64,000 nucleotides of DNA, from NCBI GenBank assembly GCA_965203415.1, contig CBDBCS010000006.1, positions 1,378,394-1,442,393 on the forward strand, in the 5' to 3' direction. This document shows, piece by piece, positions 20,843 through 29,940 of the stretch (position 1 is its first letter; each line of letters begins with the position of its first letter). Source of the DNA: Alphaproteobacteria bacterium (GTDB lineage Bacteria > Pseudomonadota > Alphaproteobacteria > CBDBCS01). A model generated the notes under the pieces. It saw only the letters and a program-made list of their open reading frames with translations, made no database searches and was not told where the DNA came from. The position numbers were made by a program, and so were the translations under genes.

Positions 20843-21091
20843 ATGAAGTTTTTTTCAAAGCCATTTTTTCTCCGTCTGAGTCAGGCTTGTGTGCTTGCAG
20901 GAGGCTTGGCGGCATGCGGGAGCTCCTATGAAGTGGAACTGCGTCTGGGAGGCGTCACCTATAAATGTGAAACGGATGCGGGGCGGCTCTCTTTTCTTTA
21001 TCTGGCCGAAGCGGAGGCTCTTGGCAATTACAACGACATCCTAGAGGCCTTTGTCGCCGTCTGCGAGGACGAGGATGTGGGGTCGTCCTGA
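20843..21091 (+). CDS. Small putative lipoprotein
   Basis: The sequence 'MKFFSKPFFLRLSQACVLAGGLAACGSS' is a signal peptide with the lipobox L-A-A-C. The product is 82 aa. Confidence 0.4.
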   Translation: MKFFSKPFFLRLSQACVLAGGLAACGSSYEVELRLGGVTYKCETDAGRLSFLYLAEAEALGNYNDILEAFVAVCEDEDVGSS

Positions 21092-21150
21092 GGCGGCGGC
21101 GCCGTCGCCCATCGTAACGGGCCTTGGTTGAGCGTGTGCCGCGTGTAGCC

Positions 21151-22368
21151 ATGGCGTCTGTGCGTCTGTGCGCCCCTGAGCCCTTTTTATGCCCGCCAGA
21201 GGCGACCCTGAAGCAGGCTCTTGGCCGGCTGGGGGGCGCGCGTTTTGTTCTGATTCTCGACCCCGAGCGCCGGCTCTTGGGGAGTCTGACCGATGGCGTG
21301 GTCCGCCGCGCGCTGCTGCGGGGCGGCCGCCTGGAGGACGCCGTCGTCCAGTGGATGCACCGCGAGGTCATCACCGCCCCGCTCGAGGCCCCGCAGGCTC
21401 AAGCCGCCGCTCTGAAACGCGTGGAAACCCGCTTGGGAACCGGATACGAACACTGGCTCCCTTTGTTAGATAGCTCTGGGCGGGTGGTCTCTGTCCTGAT
21501 TCAGGCCCCGGTGCCGGTGCCGCCGCTTCGAGACGTTGTGCTCATGGCGGGCGGCATGGGGCGTCGATTGGGGGATCTCACGCGCCATGTGCCGAAACCG
21601 CTTTTGAGCGTGGCCGGGCAGCCTCTGCTGGGGCAGTGGCTCGACAAGCTGGAGACAGAATTGTACGTCCGACACCTCTATATCGCCGTGCGCTACCGCG
21701 CCGACCAGATTCGAGCCTATTTGAAAGACCGATTGGCAGGCCGATTGGAAGACCGGGCCCATCGAGATACGCCCCCGGATCCGGCCCCGGCCCTGGATCC
21801 GGCCCCGACTCCGGAGTCGCCTTTGACGCGGCGGCCGCCTTGTCAGCCCATCCTCCTCCACGAGGAGGTTTCGCTTGGAACCGCTGGGGCTCTCGGCTGT
21901 CTGAGAGCTTATGATCTGCCTGTTCTCGTTTTGAACGCGGACATTCTGACGCAGCTCCATCTGGAGTCCTTGTGCCATTTTCACGACCAGCGGGGGCATG
22001 ACCTCACCATTGCGGCCAGCTCTTATCGGCTGACGTGTCCTTACGGCGTTTTGTCTTGTGATGCTTCGGGTCGGTTTCGCGCGCTCGAGGAGAAACCGAC
22101 GCTTTCGCATCTCGTTGCGGCGGGTCTTTATGTGTTTCGTGGCGACCGTCTCCGTTCCTATTGTCACGGCCAGGCTCTGGAGATGCCCGAGCTCATTAAT
22201 CGGTTTGCGGCCGATGGGGCCTCTATTGGCCTGTTTCCGCTCTATGAGTACTGGCGCGACATCGGCCGTCCGGAGGACCTAGACTCGGCCCGGCGTGATT
22301 ACCGGGGTGATTACCAACTCGACCCCCCAGAAGAGTCCTCGAGGCGCACTTTGTCGTGTGGGCCGTAA
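21151..22368 (+). CDS. CBS-domain sugar-phosphate nucleotidyltransferase
   Basis: An N-terminal CBS pair is followed by the NTP-transferase signature 'VVLMAGGMGRRLGDLTRHVPKPLLSVAGQPLL'. There is a Pro/Ala-rich insert 'PPDPAPALDPAPTPESP'. Confidence 0.75.
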   Translation: MASVRLCAPEPFLCPPEATLKQALGRLGGARFVLILDPERRLLGSLTDGVVRRALLRGGRLEDAVVQWMHREVITAPLEAPQAQAAALKRVETRLGTGYEHWLPLLDSSGRVVSVLIQAPVPVPPLRDVVLMAGGMGRRLGDLTRHVPKPLLSVAGQPLLGQWLDKLETELYVRHLYIAVRYRADQIRAYLKDRLAGRLEDRAHRDTPPDPAPALDPAPTPESPLTRRPPCQPILLHEEVSLGTAGALGCLRAYDLPVLVLNADILTQLHLESLCHFHDQRGHDLTIAASSYRLTCPYGVLSCDASGRFRALEEKPTLSHLVAAGLYVFRGDRLRSYCHGQALEMPELINRFAADGASIGLFPLYEYWRDIGRPEDLDSARRDYRGDYQLDPPEESSRRTLSCGP

Positions 22369-23099
22369 TTCCGGCTAGAGCCGCTTCGGTACGCCTGCCT
22401 GGCAAAAACCGCATGCGCTGTGCGGGGGTGCCTCTTATCGAGTGGACCGTCCGGGCCGCTAGAGCCGCTTCTTGTATCACCTCTATTCTGATTACGACGG
22501 ACGATACGGCTATCCTGGAGGCCTATGCGCCCGGGCCGGACGTATCCGGGCCGGATCTCCGGCTTTTGTCGCGCCCGCCCGGGCTGGCTCGGCCAGAGAC
22601 CTCCATCCGGTGTGTTCTGCTTCATGCGCTCGAACAGGTGCCGGCACTGCGGGCCGAGCCGGCTTTTTGTCTTTTGCAGCCGACCTCGCCTCTTCGCACG
22701 GCGGCCGATATCGAGGCCGCCTGGAAGCTCTTTGAGGAAAAAAAACCCGACCAACTCTGGAGTGCGACTCTGACGAAGCCCCGTGCCTGGCATTACGCTT
22801 TTGGCTCCGACGGTTTTTTGGAGATCCCGGACCCGGATTTAGCGGAGGCGGGGGCGAGCGGCGGCACCGGCACCGGCGATACCGGCGGGGAGGCCGATAA
22901 GAACGAGTCCCCCTCTTGGGCGGTTGTAAATGGGGCTCTTTACATTTACGCCACGGCTCAATTTCTGACGGGTCGGCCGCCGAGACGCGTGGCGGCCTAT
23001 TTCATGCCGCCTGGCCGCTCGGTGGACATCGACACGCCCGAGGACTTCACCATGGCAGAGCAATTGCTCGCCGGACGCGCCCAACAGCAGAGCCTATAA
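22356..23099 (+). CDS. Acylneuraminate-type cytidylyltransferase (CMP-sugar synthetase family)
   Basis: Contains 'AVIPARAASVRLPGKNRMRCAGVPLIEWTVRAA...ILITTDD'. The GTG start overlaps the upstream gene by 13 nt. Confidence 0.8.
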   Translation: MWAVIPARAASVRLPGKNRMRCAGVPLIEWTVRAARAASCITSILITTDDTAILEAYAPGPDVSGPDLRLLSRPPGLARPETSIRCVLLHALEQVPALRAEPAFCLLQPTSPLRTAADIEAAWKLFEEKKPDQLWSATLTKPRAWHYAFGSDGFLEIPDPDLAEAGASGGTGTGDTGGEADKNESPSWAVVNGALYIYATAQFLTGRPPRRVAAYFMPPGRSVDIDTPEDFTMAEQLLAGRAQQQSL

Positions 23100-23151
23100 G
23101 CCCCCTCGGCGGCCCCTCGGCGGCTCGCAGAGCCCCCATCCGGAGGCTCAT

Positions 23152-23970
23152 CTAGAAGATAAATTCAAAACCGAATTGACTTCGTGTTTCGGTTATTTCC
23201 TCTTCTGGATACGAGCTCGGCCCCAGTTCATATCCGTCGCGCTCCCGGGTGAGTTGCAACACGCCGGCTTCAAAGAAAACATTCCTCGAAAGCGTGAAGG
23301 TCAGAGAAGGCCCATAATACAGCGTTGTTTCATCAAAGGAGGTCTCTATGTCGGGCGTGGTGTGGGGCGTGGCCGTGTCTTCATAGGTCCGCTCGGCTTC
23401 ATAGTTGGCCGCTATTCGGCCGCCGCGCAGATTGACACGCACCGTCGCGACCAGACGATAGGCGAATAAGACTCCGACGCCGGTCTCGTTCAGGCGTGTT
23501 TCTGTTTCTCGGGCACCCAGGACCTCGCAATCGCGGTGATAGCCTCCGTTGAGCTTGGCGCTCAAGTTTTCACCGTATCCGCCCTCCAGGAGCACATAGA
23601 GGCGGTCAAACCAGACGCCGACCCCCGCCGTCAGAGCGCCACTGGCTCGGCCGACGGGGTCGCAATGCTCTGGAACGGAAGAGTCAAAGGCTAGGGATAG
23701 ACCGGGCGCAATATAGAAAAAATCGCCGAATCGAATGCGGCTGGTACCTCGCAAATCGACGCCCTCTCGACTGCTGACTCCCCCCGATAGAACCACGCCG
23801 GCACTGCGATTGGAGGACGTCAATTGCTCAGCGACCTGCCCCCAGCCGACCGAGGGCAGAACCACAAGAGTTCCTCCCAAAAAAGAAGGCGCGAGCAAAA
23901 GGACTCGGCCGAGCTGGGAAACCCGGAAAACCCGGAAAACCTGACCGAACCCGACGAAAAAAGCCGTCAT
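23152..23970 (-). CDS. Putative outer-membrane beta-barrel protein
   Basis: The sequence has alternating beta-strand-like character and the C-terminus 'SQFGFEFIF' ends in an aromatic residue, as OMPs typically do. The start is uncertain because the ORF is open to 24171. Confidence 0.5.
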   Translation of the reverse strand: MTAFFVGFGQVFRVFRVSQLGRVLLLAPSFLGGTLVVLPSVGWGQVAEQLTSSNRSAGVVLSGGVSSREGVDLRGTSRIRFGDFFYIAPGLSLAFDSSVPEHCDPVGRASGALTAGVGVWFDRLYVLLEGGYGENLSAKLNGGYHRDCEVLGARETETRLNETGVGVLFAYRLVATVRVNLRGGRIAANYEAERTYEDTATPHTTPDIETSFDETTLYYGPSLTFTLSRNVFFEAGVLQLTRERDGYELGPSSYPEEEITETRSQFGFEFIF

Positions 23971-24623
23971 GCCTGAAAACAGTCGTGGAGAAAACACTAA
24001 AAAGAACTCGGCGAAAAAAAGAAAGACAAGACAACGCGCCCCGCCCCGCGAGGCCATGTCCGCGAGGCCGTGCCTGGGCCATGTTCCGTACTTTTGCCTC
24101 TGACGGAGGCGCAAGCAGAAAAACCACAAGAGAAACCACAAGGGGCCAAGGCGAGGCCTGCTCGAAGCCACGCTCGGAAACGAGACGACACCTCCCCACA
24201 GCTCAAACGCGTGCCTATCGAGGGCCTATCGTTACGACAGGCGTTACGACAGGCCCCTCACAAGAGCCCCCCACAAGAGAAATTGTGTCTCTTTCGTGTG
24301 GCACAGGGGCATGAACTTGTAGCACGATTCAGGCTCTTGGGCAAGGGCAGCTTTGGGCAGATTTGAGCGGTTTTCCGACATTTTTTTTCACGGCCCTCAG
24401 GCTTGCGTGTCCTGTCAAATTCTGCTAGGGTGCGTGGCCACGCGTGGCATGCTGGGTTGGTCCCAGCTTGCGGCGGGTCTTTTATAGGGTGTCGGACTGT
24501 TCGGTCCCCAGTGTGCCGGGAGATGCCGGGAGATGTCCGAGGGATGTACAGGTCATGGTGTATCTTTGTCGTTCGGTGTTTTTGCTTGGACCTTGGGTTC
24601 CCCCGGGGCTTATCTCGGGGTTT

Positions 24624-25121
24624 ATGCCACAAACGTCCCCACAAACGTCCTCCGGCGGCGAGGAGCCCTCTGGGCCGCCCGCGGACCGCCCCGGCCAAAG
24701 TGAAGGCGACAGCCAAAGCAATGGTCAGGGCGACGGCCTCGCTTTAGCCGAGGAACGCACGCAAGAACAGGTCAAACGGCCGCCTCTTTTTCGTGTTTTT
24801 CTCTTGAATGACGACTACACGCCCATGGCGTTCGTGGTCGATGTCCTACGGTCCGTGTTCCAGATGAATGAGGCTCAGGCCACAGAGGTGATGCTGCACG
24901 TCCATCGTCAAGGTCGAGGACTCTGCGGTGTGTTCCCGTTCGAGGTCGCGGAAACGCGGGTGGCTCAAGTCCACGCGCTCGCCAATCGGAATGAGCATCC
25001 GCTTCGCTGCCGGATCGAGGTCGCCGATTCTGGTTCTGATTCCGGCTCTGGTTCTGATTCCGGTTCTGGTTCTGATTCCGGCTCTGGTTCCGATTCCGAT
25101 GCGGGTTCCGGCTCTAATTGA
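24624..25121 (+). CDS. clpS: ATP-dependent Clp protease adaptor ClpS with a C-terminal (SG/SD)n tail
   Basis: The ClpS core 'LFRVFLLNDDYTPMAFVVDVLRSVFQMNEAQATEVMLHVHRQGRGLCGVFPFEVAETRV' is present and the gene lies directly upstream of clpA. Confidence 0.9.
   Translation: MPQTSPQTSSGGEEPSGPPADRPGQSEGDSQSNGQGDGLALAEERTQEQVKRPPLFRVFLLNDDYTPMAFVVDVLRSVFQMNEAQATEVMLHVHRQGRGLCGVFPFEVAETRVAQVHALANRNEHPLRCRIEVADSGSDSGSGSDSGSGSDSGSGSDSDAGSGSN
25036..25118 (+). repeat. 18-bp microsatellite (gattccggctctggttct, about 4.5 copies) encoding the ClpS tail
   Basis: The repeat reads directly from the sequence. Its translation is DSGSDSGSGSDSGSGSDSGSGSDSDAGSGSN. Confidence 0.9.
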
Positions 25122-25197
25122 GACGCGACCAGTTCTACGAGAGACCCCGAAATCACATCCGGCGTCATAGCAGAAAAAACGGGGAGATTGTAAAATC

Positions 25198-27513
25198 ATG
25201 TTGTCTCAGAATTTGGATGTCACGCTGAATAAGTCCATTCAGTTTGCAAGCCACTATAGCCACCAGCTGGCGACGATCGAGCACTTGCTTTACGCGATGA
25301 CGTATGACCAGGACGCCGTGACGCTCCTGGAGGCCTGTGGCGTGGATATCGGGCGTCTCAAGGCGGATCTCAAGGATTTTCTGGAGAGCGATATCCTCCC
25401 CCGAGCCCAGGACCCCGAGTGGGAACCCACGCCGACGATGGGCTTCCACCGCGTCTTCGAACGAGCCGCCGTCCACGCCCAGAGCTCTAACCGAGAGGTC
25501 GTGACCGCGGCCAATCTCATTGTGGCCATGTTTAAAGAGCGCGACTCGCATGCGGTTTATTTTCTGTTGAAACAGAAAATGTCGCGCTTGGATGCGATCC
25601 GGTTTCTCTCGCACGGGGAGGCGAAAGTCCCGCATCTCTCCGTGGAGCGTCCTATCCGCGGGAGCGAAATCGGGTCTCAGTCTCAAGACGATGACAATGC
25701 GGCCGAGCCTTCGCCTCTCCAAAAGTTCTGCACCGATCTCAACGCCAAGGCGCGCGCTGGCGGCGTCGACCCGCTGATTGGACGCCAGTGGGAGATTGAA
25801 CGCATTGCTCAGATTCTCTGTCGCCGGTCGAAAAACAATCCTGTTCTGCTCGGCGAGGCCGGGGTCGGCAAGACCGCGATTGTGGAGGGTCTCGCCCGGC
25901 TCATCGTCGAGCGCAAAGTGCCAGAACCCTTGTGGGACTATCGCATTTTTGCTCTGGATATCGGCGGGCTTCTGGCAGGCACCCGCTATCGAGGCGATTT
26001 CGAGGACCGGATCAAAGCGGTTCTCAAGGACATTCAGAAAAACCCCGGAAGCCTTTTGTTCATCGACGAGATCCACAATATCATGGGCGCCGGGGCGACT
26101 TCGTCGGGGACGATCGATGCGTCGAATCTCCTCAAGCCCGCCCTGGCGAGCGGGGCGTTAAAGTGCATCGGCTCGACGACCTATAAAGAGTTCCGGAACT
26201 CCTTCGAGAAAGATCTGGCTCTGATGCGTCGTTTCCAGAAGATCGATGTGAAAGAGCCCTCCATCGAGGACGCCATCCGCATTGTGAAAGGCCTCAAGCT
26301 CTGTTTCGAGGGCCACCACCACGTTCGCTATACGAATGAGGCTCTGGTCGGGGCGGTGGAGCTCTCGGCGCGCTATCTGCACGAGCGCAAACTTCCAGAC
26401 AAGGCTCTGGACGTCATAGACGAGGTCGGTGCCGCCGAACGCCTGAAAAGAAAACCCAGAAAAACCATCGGGCTCGCCGATATAGAGCACCAGATTAGCC
26501 AATTGGCGCGGATTCCCCGAAAAAGAGTCTCGGAGAAAGAACGCGGGGTTCTCCAGACGCTGGGTCAGGACCTGTCGCGGGTCGTCTATGGGCAGGCGGA
26601 GGCCGTGGAGGCTCTGGTCGCGGCCATCAAGCTCTCGCGGGCGGGGTTGCGAGACGCCGAAAAACCTGTGGGCAGTTATTTATTCTCGGGGCCAACGGGC
26701 GTCGGTAAAACAGAGATCGCCCGTCAGCTGGCGTTCATTCTGGGCATGGAGCTCATTCGTTTTGATATGTCCGAATACATGGAGCCTCATTCTGTTTCGC
26801 GGCTCATCGGGGCTCCGCCCGGCTATGTGGGCTTTGACCAAGGCGGGCTGCTGACCGAGTCCGTGCACAGAAATCCGCACGCGGTTCTGCTCTTGGACGA
26901 GATCGAAAAGGCGCATATGGATTTATTCAATGTGCTCCTGCAGGTGATGGACTATGGCAAATTGACGGACCACAACGGCAAAAAAGTGGATTTTCGCAAT
27001 GTGATTTTGATTATGACCTCGAATGCGGGCGCGCTCCGTTTGTCTAAGCAGCAGATCGGCTTCGAAAGAGAAGCCGTCGCTCGCATGGACGATGAGGCCA
27101 TTCAACGCACCTTCAGCCCGGAATTCCGAAATCGCCTGGACGCGGTCATTCCTTTCAATCATTTGTCTCCTGAGGTTCTGGATAAAATCGTCGATAAATT
27201 CGTCACGCAGATAGAGACACAACTTCAGGCGCGCCATGTCCAGATTCATCTCACGTCTGCGGCGCGATCTTATCTGGCTCGCAAGGGCTATGACCGCGTG
27301 ATGGGGGCTCGGCCGCTGGGGCGCCTGGTGCAAAAAGAGATTAAACAACGCCTGGCCGACGAGCTCCTGTTCGGCGAGCTGCGACGCGGCGGGTCGGTGT
27401 TCGTCGATTGTCTGCACCAGAATCCGCAGAATCCTCGGCAGAACGAACTGACGTTTCGTATAGAGGCTCTGGACCCTGGCCCCGGAAAGAAACGCCAGAA
27501 ATCTCTCGTCTGA
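25198..27513 (+). CDS. clpA: ATP-dependent Clp protease ATP-binding subunit ClpA
   Basis: 771 aa with a Clp N-domain and two AAA+ modules (Walker A motifs 'GEAGVGKTA' and 'GPTGVGKTE'). Confidence 0.95.
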   Translation: MLSQNLDVTLNKSIQFASHYSHQLATIEHLLYAMTYDQDAVTLLEACGVDIGRLKADLKDFLESDILPRAQDPEWEPTPTMGFHRVFERAAVHAQSSNREVVTAANLIVAMFKERDSHAVYFLLKQKMSRLDAIRFLSHGEAKVPHLSVERPIRGSEIGSQSQDDDNAAEPSPLQKFCTDLNAKARAGGVDPLIGRQWEIERIAQILCRRSKNNPVLLGEAGVGKTAIVEGLARLIVERKVPEPLWDYRIFALDIGGLLAGTRYRGDFEDRIKAVLKDIQKNPGSLLFIDEIHNIMGAGATSSGTIDASNLLKPALASGALKCIGSTTYKEFRNSFEKDLALMRRFQKIDVKEPSIEDAIRIVKGLKLCFEGHHHVRYTNEALVGAVELSARYLHERKLPDKALDVIDEVGAAERLKRKPRKTIGLADIEHQISQLARIPRKRVSEKERGVLQTLGQDLSRVVYGQAEAVEALVAAIKLSRAGLRDAEKPVGSYLFSGPTGVGKTEIARQLAFILGMELIRFDMSEYMEPHSVSRLIGAPPGYVGFDQGGLLTESVHRNPHAVLLLDEIEKAHMDLFNVLLQVMDYGKLTDHNGKKVDFRNVILIMTSNAGALRLSKQQIGFEREAVARMDDEAIQRTFSPEFRNRLDAVIPFNHLSPEVLDKIVDKFVTQIETQLQARHVQIHLTSAARSYLARKGYDRVMGARPLGRLVQKEIKQRLADELLFGELRRGGSVFVDCLHQNPQNPRQNELTFRIEALDPGPGKKRQKSLV

Positions 27514-27739
27514 GGAATTGCCACAGACATTCAGCTAGATTCGTCGAAATAAAGCCTAAAAAGCCCTAAAATAGGCTTCTTCCCCTGAGCATTGAGCTTG
27601 CATTCTGGTCTTTGTTTGGCCTAGACTGCGATTTCGAGGGGCATGGATAGCGGCGGTTCTCTGTTTTTTTCCGCTCCTGGTTTAGGGGCGCGCTTTTGTC
27701 TTTGCGCGGTCGTAATTGTATTGTCGAGGGCGTTTCTTT

Positions 27740-29380
27740 ATGAACCAGACAGACACAACAAACACAGCCCACAGGCGCGATCATGGGCGTATGATGCAGC
27801 TGTACCGCATGGGTCGGATTTCGCGGCGGACTTTTATGGAGTACGCCATCGCTTCGGGCATTGGTTTGACGGCCGGGCTCGCTTTTATGGGACAGGTTGC
27901 GGCTCAGACGCCTCGGAGCGGCGGGCACTTGCGTCTCGGCTTCCAGAGTGGGAACAGCACCGATTCCTATGACCCTGCGACGCTCGACAGCACCTTTAAC
28001 CAGGTTTTGGGCTATGGTGCGATGCGCAACGCCCTCACAGAGGTGCGGCCAGATGGGACGCTCGGGGCGGACCTCGCCGAAAGCTGGGAGTCGGCAGACC
28101 AGGCCCGGCGTTGGATTTTTAACCTCCGTTCGGGGGTAACGTTCCACAACGGCAAGAGCCTGACCCCCGCGGACGTTATCGCATCTTTGCAGTATCACAC
28201 CGGTGAGGATTCGACTTCGTCGGCCAAGCCGCTTGTGTCGGACATTGCTTCGATGCGTGTGTTGTCCCCTTCTCAGGTCGAAGTGGTTCTGAACGGGTCC
28301 AATGCTGGATTTCCTTTCTATCTGTCGGCCTTCCAACTTGGGATTGTGCCGTCCGATGGGGAGGGCAATGTGGATGCTAAGTCGGGTATCGGAACAGGCC
28401 CCTATATCCCCGAGAATTTTGAACCTGGCGTTCGAGCTTCCCTCCGCCGTAATCCCAATTATCATCGCACAGATGAGCCGGGCTATCTCGATTCCTTTGA
28501 GATGCTCCGTGTGCCCGATTCCACGGCTCGGGCCAATGCGCTCCAGAACGGCGAGCTGGACTTCTTTGAGGAAGCAGACAGAAAAACAGCCGGCCGCCTC
28601 GCCGGTCGTCGGGGGATTGCCCTCTACAACGTGGAAGGCAATCAGCACTATTCTTTCCCCATGCGGGCGAACGCGGCGCCCTTTGATAACAATGAGGTCC
28701 GCCTGGCTGTTAAAGCAGCGGTGGACCGTCAGGCTCTTCTGGACACGGTTCTCAAGGGTTTCGGGAGCCTCGGGAATGATCATCCGATTGGCAAGAGTAA
28801 TCTTTATCTGGACCGGGATTTGCCCCAACGGACCTATGATCCCGACCGAGCCCGCTCTTTCCTGAAGCGTGCGAATCTCGATTCGATCCAGATTCAGATC
28901 CACATCTCCGATGCGGCCTTTGCAGGGGCCATCGATTCGGCTGTGCTGATGCGCGAAGCCATGGCCCCAGCCGGTATCGATCTGGAGATCGTCCAGGTCC
29001 CCAGTGACGGCTATTGGAACAGTACCTGGCGCGTCAAACCCTTTTCGGCCTCGTATTGGGCGGGGCGGGCGACGGAAGATCAGATGTTCTCGACGGTTTA
29101 TGCTTCGGGGGTGCCGTGGAATGAAACGGCTTGGGAGCACGCGCGTTTCAATAGCCTCTTGAAAGAGGGCAGAGCCGAAACCGATTCGACCCGCCGGGCC
29201 GCCATTTATGCAGAAATGCAACAGATCGTCCGAGACGAAGGGGCCGCTCTCATTCCGCTTTTCGCCAATTACGTCGGAGCCTATCGGGAGGAGGTCGTGG
29301 GGCTCCCCGAAGTCGTCAGTGGAAGCTTTGATTGGGATGGACTGCGAGCCCCGGCACGGTGGTGGCGAAAAACGGCTTGA
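27740..29380 (+). CDS. ABC transporter substrate-binding protein, family 5 (peptide/nickel type), Tat signal
   Basis: Twin-arginine signal 'GRISRRTFMEYAIASGIGLTAGLAFMGQVAAQ', followed by the SBP_bac_5-like motifs 'GVTFHNGKSLTPADV' and 'LRRNPNYHR'. Confidence 0.85.
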   Translation: MNQTDTTNTAHRRDHGRMMQLYRMGRISRRTFMEYAIASGIGLTAGLAFMGQVAAQTPRSGGHLRLGFQSGNSTDSYDPATLDSTFNQVLGYGAMRNALTEVRPDGTLGADLAESWESADQARRWIFNLRSGVTFHNGKSLTPADVIASLQYHTGEDSTSSAKPLVSDIASMRVLSPSQVEVVLNGSNAGFPFYLSAFQLGIVPSDGEGNVDAKSGIGTGPYIPENFEPGVRASLRRNPNYHRTDEPGYLDSFEMLRVPDSTARANALQNGELDFFEEADRKTAGRLAGRRGIALYNVEGNQHYSFPMRANAAPFDNNEVRLAVKAAVDRQALLDTVLKGFGSLGNDHPIGKSNLYLDRDLPQRTYDPDRARSFLKRANLDSIQIQIHISDAAFAGAIDSAVLMREAMAPAGIDLEIVQVPSDGYWNSTWRVKPFSASYWAGRATEDQMFSTVYASGVPWNETAWEHARFNSLLKEGRAETDSTRRAAIYAEMQQIVRDEGAALIPLFANYVGAYREEVVGLPEVVSGSFDWDGLRAPARWWRKTA

Positions 29381-29445
29381 CAAACAAAACACGGGGCTTG
29401 GTAACTGCCGTCCGGAAGACGGGCAGCAGAGGGCAACGAACGGTG

Positions 29446-29699
29446 CGAGCCTATCTGGCTCGCAACAGAGGCTGTGACCGCGTGATGGGGGCTCGGCTGC
29501 TGGGGTGCCTGGTGCAAAACAGAGATTAAAACAACGCCTTGCCGACGAGCTTCGGCGCGGCGAACTGAGACGCGGCGGGTCGGTTTTCGTCGATTGTCTG
29601 CACCAGAATCCACAGAATCCTCGGCAGAACGAATTGACGTTTCGTATAGAGGCTCTGGACCCTGGCCCCGGAAAAAAGCGCCAGAAGTCTCTTGTCTGA
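29446..29699 (+). pseudogene. Relic copy of the clpA 3' end (last ~80 codons)
   Basis: The DNA aligns to clpA 27262-27513. The translated tail '[54 protein letters not shown]' is nearly identical to the ClpA C-terminus. An indel around 29515-29530 breaks the frame upstream. Confidence 0.8.
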
Positions 29700-29940
29700 G
29701 GCATTTCCACGGACATTCAGCCAGATTCGTCGAAATAAATCCTAAAAAACCCTAAAATAGCTCAAAAATAAGCTTCTTTGCCTGATATGGAGCTTGCATT
29801 CTGGTCTTTGTTTGGCCTAGACTCCGGTCTCAAGGGGCATGGGTAGCGGCGGTTCTCTGTTGTTTTCCGTCTGTTTTCCGCTCCTGGTTTAGGTGCGTGC
29901 TTTTGTCTTCGCACAGTAGTCGTTATTGAGGGAGTTTCTT

